DNA of 63,142 bases, filler included. It is 13 parts of 13 records of this genome, joined end to end, with 100 filler letters (N's around TTAATTAATTAA, not from the genome) between each part and the next. Parts side by side here need not be neighbours in the genome. Positions count along the whole stretch, not along the records: positions 43,706 to 63,142 come from SRR11831585_292; 12 more parts are not named here. One strand, given 5' to 3'. A program made the position numbers and the translations under genes. Below are positions 48,395 through 63,142 of the stretch, in pieces. The notes beneath the pieces were generated by a model. The model searched no databases, was not told where the DNA came from, and saw only the letters and a list, made by a program, of their open reading frames with translations. Positions within the stretch are counted from its first letter, which is position 1. Each line of letters begins with the position of its first letter.

Positions 48395-48784
48395 ATGCTG
48401 GTTTCTTGCGCAATGCGACTTCACTCGGGCGTTTTTCCAGATTATGCTGAAAAATTACCTCAGGAAGAAAAGATGGAAAAAGAAGATTCATTTCCCCAAC
48501 GCGTCTGGCAAATCGTCGCCGCTATTCCCGAAGGCTATGTCACCACTTACGGTGATGTGGCGAAACTGGCGGGATCGCCCCGCGCCGCGCGCCAGGTGGG
48601 CGGTGTGTTAAAGCGTCTCCCTGAAGGCAGCACCTTACCCTGGCACCGGGTGGTTAATCGCCACGGCACAATTTCGCTAACCGGACCGGATTTACAGCGT
48701 CAGCGACAGGCATTACTGGCAGAAGGTGTGATGGTATCGGGAAGCGGGCAAATCGACTTGCAGCGTTATCGCTGGAACTACTAA
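48395..48784 (+). CDS. atl: Alkyltransferase-like DNA base-flipping protein Atl (YbaZ)
   Basis: PWHRVV motif (Trp in place of Cys). Confidence 0.94.
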   Translation: MLVSCAMRLHSGVFPDYAEKLPQEEKMEKEDSFPQRVWQIVAAIPEGYVTTYGDVAKLAGSPRAARQVGGVLKRLPEGSTLPWHRVVNRHGTISLTGPDLQRQRQALLAEGVMVSGSGQIDLQRYRWNY

Positions 48785-48814
48785 CCCTCTCCGGGCGGAG
48801 AGGGTTAACGTCGC

Positions 48815-49387
48815 TTAATATTGCGTAGGAGCTGGAACTGCCGAAGACGGATTCACCTGAGTTGGTGAAGTCGAAGGTACGGTAGTCGTTGCGCCACCGC
48901 TGGCCTGAACCGGCACGGCGGTTTGCTGTACCGGCACCAATGTCAGGTCGGCTTTAGTTCCGCCCTGGTTGATCACCGGCTGAACGGTATCGGTGATAAA
49001 TACCAGTTTGTCATTCACGGTAATCGCCGCACTCAACAGAATACGCGCGTTCGGCTGAACATCTGCCGGGTTAAATGACAGAACAAAGCTGAATGGTGAC
49101 TGTTTACCTTCAGTACGCACCGCTTTCTGCGCCAGCACTTTTGACGGTGCATCGGCTAACGACGCGTCAGAAAGTGTCACGGTCAGCACAGCATCAGGCG
49201 GCAGTGCGACTTTCTGACGGATCCAGACGGTACCGGAGACATTCGGTTGCTGGATAGCTGGTTGTTGTGTTGCTGAAATAGACGTATTTGCAGCCGGTGC
49301 TGGCGTCTGAATATCCGCGCTTTTATCTGCGCAAGCCGCCAACGCAATCGCAACCGCTAAACCACTGGCCATGTGCACGAGTTTCAT
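48815..49387 (-). CDS. ybaY: Lipoprotein YbaY
   Basis: Lipobox LAAC; 190 aa. Confidence 0.94.
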   Translation of the reverse strand: MKLVHMASGLAVAIALAACADKSADIQTPAPAANTSISATQQPAIQQPNVSGTVWIRQKVALPPDAVLTVTLSDASLADAPSKVLAQKAVRTEGKQSPFSFVLSFNPADVQPNARILLSAAITVNDKLVFITDTVQPVINQGGTKADLTLVPVQQTAVPVQASGGATTTVPSTSPTQVNPSSAVPAPTQY

Positions 49388-49604
49388 TCATTTCTCCTTA
49401 TTATCAATGCACCAGCGGGCTAACTTTCCTCGCCGGAAGAGTGGTTAACAAAATAGTAACGTCAACAAGTGTGGCACACATCACGCATTTCTGCCTGTAA
49501 TTAGCCCGTAATTCAGACCATTGCACCCATCGGACCAGTAGCAAATTTGCGTTATACTCAACTCACTTTGGCTTGCTGCGGCAGCTTTGTTACTGGAGAG
49601 TTAT

Positions 49605-50465
49605 ATGAGTCAGGCGCTAAAAAATTTACTGACATTGTTAAATCTGGAAAAAATTGAGGAAGGACTCTTTCGCGGCCAGAGTGAAGATTTAGGTTTACGC
49701 CAGGTGTTTGGCGGCCAGGTCGTGGGTCAGGCCTTGTATGCTGCAAAAGAGACCGTCCCTGAAGAGCGGCTGGTACATTCGTTTCACAGCTACTTTCTTC
49801 GCCCTGGCGATAGTAAGAAGCCGATTATTTATGATGTCGAAACGCTGCGTGACGGTAACAGCTTCAGCGCCCGCCGGGTTGCTGCTATTCAAAACGGCAA
49901 ACCGATTTTTTATATGACTGCCTCTTTCCAGGCACCAGAAGCGGGTTTCGAACATCAAAAAACAATGCCGTCCGCGCCAGCGCCTGATGGCCTCCCTTCG
50001 GAAACGCAAATCGCCCAATCGCTGGCGCACCTGCTGCCGCCAGTGCTGAAAGATAAATTCATCTGCGATCGTCCGCTGGAAGTCCGTCCGGTGGAGTTTC
50101 ATAACCCACTGAAAGGTCACGTCGCAGAACCACATCGTCAGGTGTGGATCCGCGCAAATGGTAGCGTGCCGGATGACCTGCGCGTTCATCAGTATCTGCT
50201 CGGTTACGCTTCTGATCTTAACTTCCTGCCGGTAGCTCTACAGCCGCACGGCATCGGTTTTCTCGAACCGGGGATTCAGATTGCCACCATTGACCATTCC
50301 ATGTGGTTCCATCGCCCGTTTAATTTGAATGAATGGCTGCTGTATAGCGTGGAGAGCACCTCGGCGTCCAGCGCACGTGGCTTTGTGCGCGGTGAGTTTT
50401 ATACCCAAGACGGCGTACTGGTTGCCTCGACCGTTCAGGAAGGGGTGATGCGTAATCACAATTAA
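49605..50465 (+). CDS. tesB: Acyl-CoA thioesterase II
   Basis: 286 aa; [19 protein letters not shown]. Confidence 0.97.
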
Positions 50466-50513
50466 AAAAATAGCCGGAGGTGAAAACCGTCCGGCTGTTT
50501 TTTGCAGTGCTTG

Positions 50514-51800
50514 TTACGCGTTATAGGCATTCTCGCCGTGGCTGTTGACATCCAGCCCTTCTCGCTCCTGCTCTTCCGGTACACGCAGACCAACCGTCAG
50601 ATCCGCCAATTTGTAGCCGATAAATGCCACAACACCGGACCAGACGATCGTAATGGCGATGCTTTCCAGCTGTACCAGCAACTGATGGCCCATCGTCACA
50701 CCTTCAGCGAAGCCCACGCCGCCCAGCGAGCTGGCGGCAAAAATCCCGGTCATGATACAGCCGACAATGCCACAAACGCCGTGCACACCGAAGACATCGC
50801 AGGGATCATCCACCCGCAGCAAGCGTTTGAGCATGGTAACGCCCCACAAGCCCGCCAGACCAGCTACCACGCCGATAATCAACGCGCCGCCAACCCCAAT
50901 GTAGCCGCAGGCTGGCGTCACGCCGACCAGACCGGCAATCGCGCCAGAACACGCCCCCAGCAGTGAAGGCTTACCACGCAGCGCCCATTCACCGAAGATC
51001 CAGCCAAGAATTGCCGCCGCCGTTGCGACCACAGTATTCACAAATGCCAGTGCCGCGATTTCATTCGCCGTGCCCGCTGACCCGGCGTTAAAGCCAAACC
51101 AACCGATATAGAGAATGGCAGTCCCGGTGAAGACCATCGGCAGGTTGTGCGGTTTAAACGCCTCTTTACCGAAGCCCACGCGTTTTCCTATCAGATACGC
51201 GCCCACCAGACCGGCGATTGCGGCGTTAATGTGCACCACGGTGCCACCCGCGAAATCCAGCGCACCGTGAGAAGCCAGCAAACCACCGCCCCACACCATA
51301 TGCGCAATCGGAATGTAAGAGAGCGTCAGCCATACCACCACGAAAATCAACACAGCTGAGAAGCGGATTCGTTCCGCCAGCGCCCCAACTATCAAGCCGA
51401 CGGTAATGCAGGCAAACGATCCCTGAAACGCCACGTGGATATACTGATAAATGCTGCCCATCACCGCCGTCAGTTCGATGTTTTTCAGCATCAACCAGTT
51501 AATGTTGCCGAAGAAGTTGTTGCCCTCACCAAACGCCAGCGAGTAACCGTAAACCACCCAGAGAATACAGACCAGTGCAAATGTCACCGTCACCTGCGTC
51601 AGCATCGACAGCACGTTTTTGCCGCGAATCAACCCACCGTAAAACAGGGCAATCCCCGGAATAGTCATAAACAGCACCAGCGCAGTACAAATCATCATAA
51701 ACGCATTGTCGGCTTTATCGGCCACCGCAGGTGCAGCCATTACCAGTCCCGGAAGCATCGCCAGTGAAGCAAGCCCAGTTTTTATCGTCGCTATCTTCAT
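50514..51800 (-). CDS. amtB: Ammonium transporter
   Basis: 428 aa; DFAGGTVVH, GWFGFNAGS. Confidence 0.98.
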   Translation of the reverse strand: MKIATIKTGLASLAMLPGLVMAAPAVADKADNAFMMICTALVLFMTIPGIALFYGGLIRGKNVLSMLTQVTVTFALVCILWVVYGYSLAFGEGNNFFGNINWLMLKNIELTAVMGSIYQYIHVAFQGSFACITVGLIVGALAERIRFSAVLIFVVVWLTLSYIPIAHMVWGGGLLASHGALDFAGGTVVHINAAIAGLVGAYLIGKRVGFGKEAFKPHNLPMVFTGTAILYIGWFGFNAGSAGTANEIAALAFVNTVVATAAAILGWIFGEWALRGKPSLLGACSGAIAGLVGVTPACGYIGVGGALIIGVVAGLAGLWGVTMLKRLLRVDDPCDVFGVHGVCGIVGCIMTGIFAASSLGGVGFAEGVTMGHQLLVQLESIAITIVWSGVVAFIGYKLADLTVGLRVPEEQEREGLDVNSHGENAYNA

Positions 51801-51829
51801 TTTTCGTTCCTGTTGCTGTGTGCCAGAGA

Positions 51830-52168
51830 TTACAGCGCCGCTTCGTCGGCTTCGCCGGTACGAATACGAATGACGCGTTGCAATTCAGCGACGAAGATTT
51901 TGCCGTCGCCAATTTTTCCGGTGTAAGCCGCCTTACTGACGATATCGATCACTTCATCGAGTTGGTCATCAGCAATCGCCACATCAATTTTTACTTTTGG
52001 CAGGAAATTGACGCTGTATTCCGCCCCCCGGTACAGCTCGGCATGCCCTTTCTGACGCCCGAAACCTTTCACTTCGGTGACGGTCAGGCCCTGAATACCA
52101 ATGGAAGATAACGCTTCACGAACGTCTTCCAGCTTGAATGGTTTGATTATCACGGTCACCAGCTTCAT
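51830..52168 (-). CDS. glnK: PII protein GlnK
   Basis: 112 aa; GFGRQKG, YRGAEY, GDGKIF. Confidence 0.98.
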   Translation of the reverse strand: MKLVTVIIKPFKLEDVREALSSIGIQGLTVTEVKGFGRQKGHAELYRGAEYSVNFLPKVKIDVAIADDQLDEVIDIVSKAAYTGKIGDGKIFVAELQRVIRIRTGEADEAAL

Positions 52169-52220
52169 AGATCCCCTCCGGTCAGAATTCGGTAATGGTT
52201 CTGCTACACGAAGAAGGTAT

Positions 52221-52305
52221 TGCAAGCGGTGTGCCAGAAATGAAAAACGAGAAAGAGAGCAGGAAGTTAAGAAGTTTGAAAATGAAAACGCACTATGACA
52301 GTGCA
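52221..52305 (-). promoter_or_regulatory. sigma54 promoter and NtrC-like site of glnK-amtB
   Basis: Minus strand CTGGCAC-N5-TGCA-type -24/-12 at 52221-52237; GCACT-N5-AGTGC at about 52290-52304. Confidence 0.85.
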
Positions 52306-52348
52306 CAGTGCGTTACATTTTTGCACCAACGATGAAATATTGCGCTAT

Positions 52349-55895
<3,547 letters not shown>

Positions 55896-55924
55896 GCGTT
55901 GTGTCCTGACCTGATTCTGGATAT

Positions 55925-56383
55925 TTATTCGATGGGTAAAGAAGTGGTGTATTTAATCTGTTCCATCGCGAAGCTGGAAGTGACGTCCGACAGCCCCGGC
56001 ACGCTGTTTACCAGACGCTTATAAAACTCGTCGTAGCGTTTCATGTCGGCAACCTGGACGCGCATCAGATAATCGTATTCACCAGCCATGCGCCAGAACC
56101 CCAGCACTTCTGGCATTTCGGTAACCACCGTGACAAAGCGGCAATACCATTCGCTGCTGTGATGTTGCGTTTTTATCAGCACAAAAGCGGTCAGGCCGAG
56201 GCCTATTTTTTCCGGATCCAGCAGGGCGACTTTGCCGATAAGGATACCGTCGTCCTCCAGCCGTTTCAGGCGCTTCCAGCAAGGGGTGGTTGTCAGATTA
56301 ACGGCTTCAGCCAGTGCCTGCAAAGAGAGGGTGCAATCCTGCTGCAGTAAGGCCAGCAGCTTACGGTCAATTTTATCTAACAT
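55925..56383 (-). CDS. decR: Lrp/AsnC-family regulator DecR (YbaO)
   Basis: 152 aa from [10 protein letters not shown]. Confidence 0.94.
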
Positions 56384-56535
56384 AGCCCTTCCACAGAGAA
56401 TTTTTTTCTCTTTTAATTTTATTTTAAAGGTGAAATCACGACAATTTATTCTGTGCGGTTTAAACACCACGGCACAAAATGACAAATTCAACGCAAAAAA
56501 AACCGGGCAATTGCCCGGTGCTGGAAGGGATCTCG

Positions 56536-57354
56536 TTATTCGGGGGAATAAGGTAGATGTGGATAGTCCAGCCAGTGCGTCAAATAGTGAGAGACAGCCT
56601 GATTTCGGCAATGTCCAATCACCGGTAAATGCGGGAGCTCCGCGCGCAGTTGCGGCATCGCATTGCCCATAATAAATCCGCTACCGACGCTGACTAACAT
56701 TTCGCGATCGTTCATCGCATCACCAAAGGCCATGCAATCGCGCAACGATAAACCTAAATGTTGGGTCAGCACCGTCAATGCAGCGCCTTTATTGCAGCCC
56801 ACCGGCAGCACTTCGAGGCAATCCGTGGCGGAAAAACACAAATGTGCACGCTCGCCTAATGCTTCGTATAGCTGGATCTGCAAGCGTGTAAGATCGTCGT
56901 GATCGCCACAGAAGCAGATCTTGGTGACGCTGCCGAGTGGCATTTTTTTGACATCGATTATCTGATAACGAAAACCGCTATAGACAAATGCCTGCAACAA
57001 CGCAGGGATCTCTTTCCCGGTAAACCAACCGTCGTCATTGAAGATATGCATGCTGGCTCGGGTATCCCATTGCTGATACAGCACCAGCTCCGCGACATCC
57101 GCAGGTAAATCATCACGATGTAAAAGTTCACCTTCCAGAGAATGCACGCGCGTTCCGTTGCCGGTAATCAAATACGCATCCAGCGATAGCGCCCCGAGAA
57201 TATGCTGCATCTCCAGCGCATGACGCCCCGTGGCAAAAGTGAGGGTAATGTCGCGTTCACGCAGTCGCGCCAAAGTAGAGAGGGTTTTCTCACCTAAATG
57301 ATGGTCGGGCATCAATAAAGTGCCATCCATATCAAATGCTGCCAGACGAGCCAT
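56536..57354 (-). CDS. cof: HMP-PP phosphatase Cof (HAD)
   Basis: DMDGTLL, GDAMND. Confidence 0.95.
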
Positions 57355-57453
57355 TTCTTTCTCCACTCTGTGACACGGTTAATGGTGATTGAGTATCACC
57401 TGATATATACGGAAGTAATAGTGAATAGTTAAATAATATTGTTCCGGGTTTAT

Positions 57454-59154
57454 ATGCGATTGCTCAACCGTCTTAACCAGTATCAACGTCTGTGGCAACC
57501 TTCCGCCGGAAAGCCGCAAACCGTCACCGTCAGCGAACTGGCCGAACGCTGTTTTTGCAGCGAACGCCATGTTCGTACGCTGTTGCGTCAGGCACAGGAG
57601 GCGGGATGGCTGGAGTGGCAGGCGCAGTCAGGACGCGGAAAGCGCGGACAATTACGCTTTCTGGTCACGCCGGAATCGCTACGCAATGCGATGATGGAAC
57701 AGGCACTGGAAACCGGAAAGCAGCAAGATGTGCTGGAGCTGGCGCAACTGGCCCCAGGTGAGCTGCGCACTCTGTTACAGCCGTTTATGGGCGGACAATG
57801 GCAAAACGATACACCCACGTTGCGTATTCCCTACTATCGCCCGCTCGAACCGCTACAACCAGGCTTTTTGCCCGGCCGTGCCGAGCAGCATCTCGCCGGG
57901 CAGATATTTTCCGGCCTGACCCGCTTCGATAATAATACTCAGCGCCCGATTGGCGATTTAGCGCATCACTGGGAAACCTCTACTGACGGGTTACGCTGGG
58001 ACTTTTATCTTCGTTCAACCCTACACTGGCATAACGGCGATGCAGTAAAAGCCTCACACTTACACCAGCGATTATTGATGCTGTTACAACTGCCAGCACT
58101 GGATCAATTATTTATTAGCGTGAAGCGTATTGAAGTCACCCATCCGCAGTGTCTGACCTTCTTTTTACATCGCCCTGATTACTGGCTTGCGCACCGGCTG
58201 GCGAGCTATTGCAGCCATCTGGCGCATCCGCAATTCCCACTGATCGGCACGGGTCCTTTTCGCTTAACACAATTCACAGCAGAGCTGGTGCGCCTGGAAA
58301 GCCATGATTATTACCATTTACGTCATCCGCTGCTTAAAGCGGTTGAGTACTGGATAACTCCGCCGCTTTTCGAAAAAGATTTGGGAACCAGTTGTCGGCA
58401 TCCCGTGCAAATCACCATCGGCAAACCGGAGGAGCTGCAACGGGTCAGCCAGGTCAGTAGCGGCATCAGTTTAGGTTTTTGCTATTTGACGTTGCGCAAA
58501 AGTCCCCGACTCTCCCTCTGGCAGGCGCGAAAAGTGATCTCCATTATTCATCAATCCGGTTTATTACAAACGTTAGAAGTCGGAGAAAACCTGATCACCG
58601 CCAGTCATGCATTACTGTCAGGCTGGACTATTCCGCATTGGCAGGTACCGGATGAAGTCAAACTACCGAAAACCTTGACGCTGGTTTATCACCTACCGAT
58701 AGAACTTCATACCATGGCAGAACGCCTACAGGCGACACTGGCAGCGGAAGGCTGTGAACTCACAATTATTTTTCATAACGCAAAAAACTGGGACGACACG
58801 ACCCTACAGGCACACGCAGACCTCATGATGGGCGACAGATTAATTGGCGAAGCACCGGAATATACTCTGGAGCAATGGCTGCGCTGCGATCCGCTGTGGC
58901 CACATGTTTTCGACGCTCCAGCATACGCACATCTACAATCGACACTGGATGCCGTGCAAATAATGCCTGATGAAGAAAACCGATTTAATGCCCTGAAAGC
59001 GGTTTTTAGCCAGTTAATGACAGATGCGACGCTGACGCCGCTGTTCAACTATCACTATCGCATTAGTGCCCCTCCCGGCGTGAACGGTGTGCGACTGACA
59101 CCGCGCGGCTGGTTTGAATTTACCGAAGCCTGGCTTCCCGCGCCATCGCAATGA
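57454..59154 (+). CDS. ybaE: SgrR-family protein YbaE
   Basis: N-terminal HTH with GRGKRG plus solute-binding-like domain. Confidence 0.93.
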   Translation: MRLLNRLNQYQRLWQPSAGKPQTVTVSELAERCFCSERHVRTLLRQAQEAGWLEWQAQSGRGKRGQLRFLVTPESLRNAMMEQALETGKQQDVLELAQLAPGELRTLLQPFMGGQWQNDTPTLRIPYYRPLEPLQPGFLPGRAEQHLAGQIFSGLTRFDNNTQRPIGDLAHHWETSTDGLRWDFYLRSTLHWHNGDAVKASHLHQRLLMLLQLPALDQLFISVKRIEVTHPQCLTFFLHRPDYWLAHRLASYCSHLAHPQFPLIGTGPFRLTQFTAELVRLESHDYYHLRHPLLKAVEYWITPPLFEKDLGTSCRHPVQITIGKPEELQRVSQVSSGISLGFCYLTLRKSPRLSLWQARKVISIIHQSGLLQTLEVGENLITASHALLSGWTIPHWQVPDEVKLPKTLTLVYHLPIELHTMAERLQATLAAEGCELTIIFHNAKNWDDTTLQAHADLMMGDRLIGEAPEYTLEQWLRCDPLWPHVFDAPAYAHLQSTLDAVQIMPDEENRFNALKAVFSQLMTDATLTPLFNYHYRISAPPGVNGVRLTPRGWFEFTEAWLPAPSQ

Positions 59155-59218
59155 ATAGCTGGTCCGGGTTAATCGCAGGCGTTACCATAACGCTTTTATT
59201 GTTCAAGCAGGATTATCT

Positions 59219-59914
59219 ATGAAACGTGCTGTCGTTGTGTTCAGTGGAGGTCAGGATTCCACCACCTGTCTGGTGCAGGCATTACAACAATATGATGAAG
59301 TCCATTGCGTGACGTTCGATTACGGTCAGCGGCATCGCGCAGAAATCGACGTGGCACGCGAACTGGCGCTGAAACTGGGGGCACGCGCGCATAAGGTGCT
59401 GGATGTCACCCTGCTCAACGAGCTGGCGGTCAGTAGCCTGACGCGTGACAGCATTCCGGTGCCTGATTATGAACCTGAAGCCGATGGTATCCCGAATACG
59501 TTTGTCCCAGGGCGTAATATTTTGTTCCTGACGCTGGCGGCAATATATGCGTATCAGGTAAAAGCAGAAGCCGTAATTACTGGCGTCTGCGAAACGGATT
59601 TCTCCGGCTACCCGGATTGCCGCGATGAGTTTGTGAAAGCACTAAACCATGCCGTCAGTTTGGGCATGGCGAAAGATATTCGTTTTGAAACGCCGCTGAT
59701 GTGGATTGATAAAGCGGAAACCTGGGCGCTGGCAGATTATTACGGCAAACTGGATTTAGTCCGTAACGAAACGTTGACCTGCTATAACGGCTTTAAAGGC
59801 GACGGTTGCGGTCATTGTGCGGCATGTAATTTACGCGCCAACGGTTTGAATCATTATCTGGCCGATAAACCGACGGTGATGGCAGCGATGAAGCAGAAAA
59901 CCGGGTTGAGGTAA
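59219..59914 (+). CDS. queC: 7-cyano-7-deazaguanine synthase
   Basis: SGGQDS, YPDCR, C-terminal Cys cluster. Confidence 0.98.
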   Translation: MKRAVVVFSGGQDSTTCLVQALQQYDEVHCVTFDYGQRHRAEIDVARELALKLGARAHKVLDVTLLNELAVSSLTRDSIPVPDYEPEADGIPNTFVPGRNILFLTLAAIYAYQVKAEAVITGVCETDFSGYPDCRDEFVKALNHAVSLGMAKDIRFETPLMWIDKAETWALADYYGKLDLVRNETLTCYNGFKGDGCGHCAACNLRANGLNHYLADKPTVMAAMKQKTGLR

Positions 59915-59928
59915 TTATTCCGGGTGTC

Positions 59929-59954
59929 GCCGGATGCGGCTTGAGCATCCGGCA
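59929..59954. repeat. Short REP-like palindrome between convergent queC and fadM
   Basis: GCCGGATGC-GGCTTGA-GCATCCGGC. Confidence 0.7.
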
Positions 59955-59965
59955 CCACAAAACGT

Positions 59966-60364
59966 TTACTTAACCATCTGCTCCAGCTTTTCGCGCAATT
60001 CCCCTTCCAGAGCTAATGCTTTCTGCGTTTTAAGATCAATACAAACAAACGTAATAAGCGCATCCGCTACCACCTGCCCTTCCGGCTCCAGTGTAATGAC
60101 CTGGCTTAAGATGCCGCTTTTACCGTTTAATTGCTGCAACTGACTGGTAATAGTTAACAGGTCACTTAATACCGCTGGGCGACGATAGTTAATATTGATA
60201 TTGACCACGACGAAGGCGATGTTATGGGCCGTCATCCACTGAAAACTGTCGCTATTTTCCAACCCATCCCAGCGGGCTTCTTCGAGAAATTCAAGGTAGC
60301 GGGCGTTGTTGACGTGCTGGTAAACGTCGAGATGATATCCACGAACTTTGATTTGTGTTTGCAT
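59966..60364 (-). CDS. fadM: Long-chain acyl-CoA thioesterase III
   Basis: Hot-dog motif DVYQHVNNARY. Confidence 0.94.
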   Translation of the reverse strand: MQTQIKVRGYHLDVYQHVNNARYLEFLEEARWDGLENSDSFQWMTAHNIAFVVVNININYRRPAVLSDLLTITSQLQQLNGKSGILSQVITLEPEGQVVADALITFVCIDLKTQKALALEGELREKLEQMVK

Positions 60365-60405
60365 AGCGCAATAACCTTACGTTGTTGTTATAAGTACAGA
60401 GGTCA

Positions 60406-62851
<2,446 letters not shown>

Positions 62852-63042
62852 GGTGTAACAACACTCCGCTGTAGATGACTGTGTACCTCACGCAACGTAT
62901 CGATGCGCGCAAAGGCCTATTGTGACAAGAAACGGGGGCAATTGTCAGCCCACAAGACGCAGAAAGTCACCGAATACAAATAAAAAAGGCACATCAGTAG
63001 ATGCGCCCTTGAACTTCGTCACATCCCCACTGGGGACAACGC

Positions 63043-63142
63043 TTAGTTTACCGCGTCTTTCAGTGCTTTACCTGCACGGAAGCTCGGTACTTTAGCAGCA
63101 GCGATGGTGATCTCTTTACCGGTCTGCGGGTTGCGGCCAGTA
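63043..63142 (-). CDS. hupB: HU-beta, 3' fragment
   Basis: [32 protein letters not shown]. Confidence 0.95.

Overview
This window is not one natural locus. It is 13 contigs joined by 12 identical 100-bp artificial linkers (N44-TTAATTAATTAA-N44). Five contigs (1-5771, 5872-15299, 15400-20922, 21023-23506, 43706-63142) are ordinary Escherichia coli K-12-like chromosome: nrdD-treCB; carB-caiF-caiTABCDE-fixA; dhaRKLM-ycgV; alaW-yfeCD-gltX; tomB-hha through ppiD-hupB. Eight short contigs (23607-43605, each 2.0-2.9 kb) come from an unidentified intron-rich, mitochondriate, probably flagellated eukaryote. The ORF track fragments its genes, but they can be rebuilt by hand across GT-AG introns: ankyrin+C2HC zinc finger, ArgRS, bacterial-type mitochondrial MutS, ALDH7, Rab8-like, a response-regulator receiver, CCDC40, ZNF706-like, a degenerate nucleoside hydrolase, RCC1 repeats, VPS50, a WD40-PX protein, an RNI-like LRR gene and a possible decayed Helitron. 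The novelty is in the eukaryotic part: splice donors almost always have a pyrimidine at +4 (GTAYG), GTCA/TGAC palindromes recur about 100 bp upstream of start codons, and several domain architectures are unusual. All homology calls come from motif recognition and recall; no database search was run.
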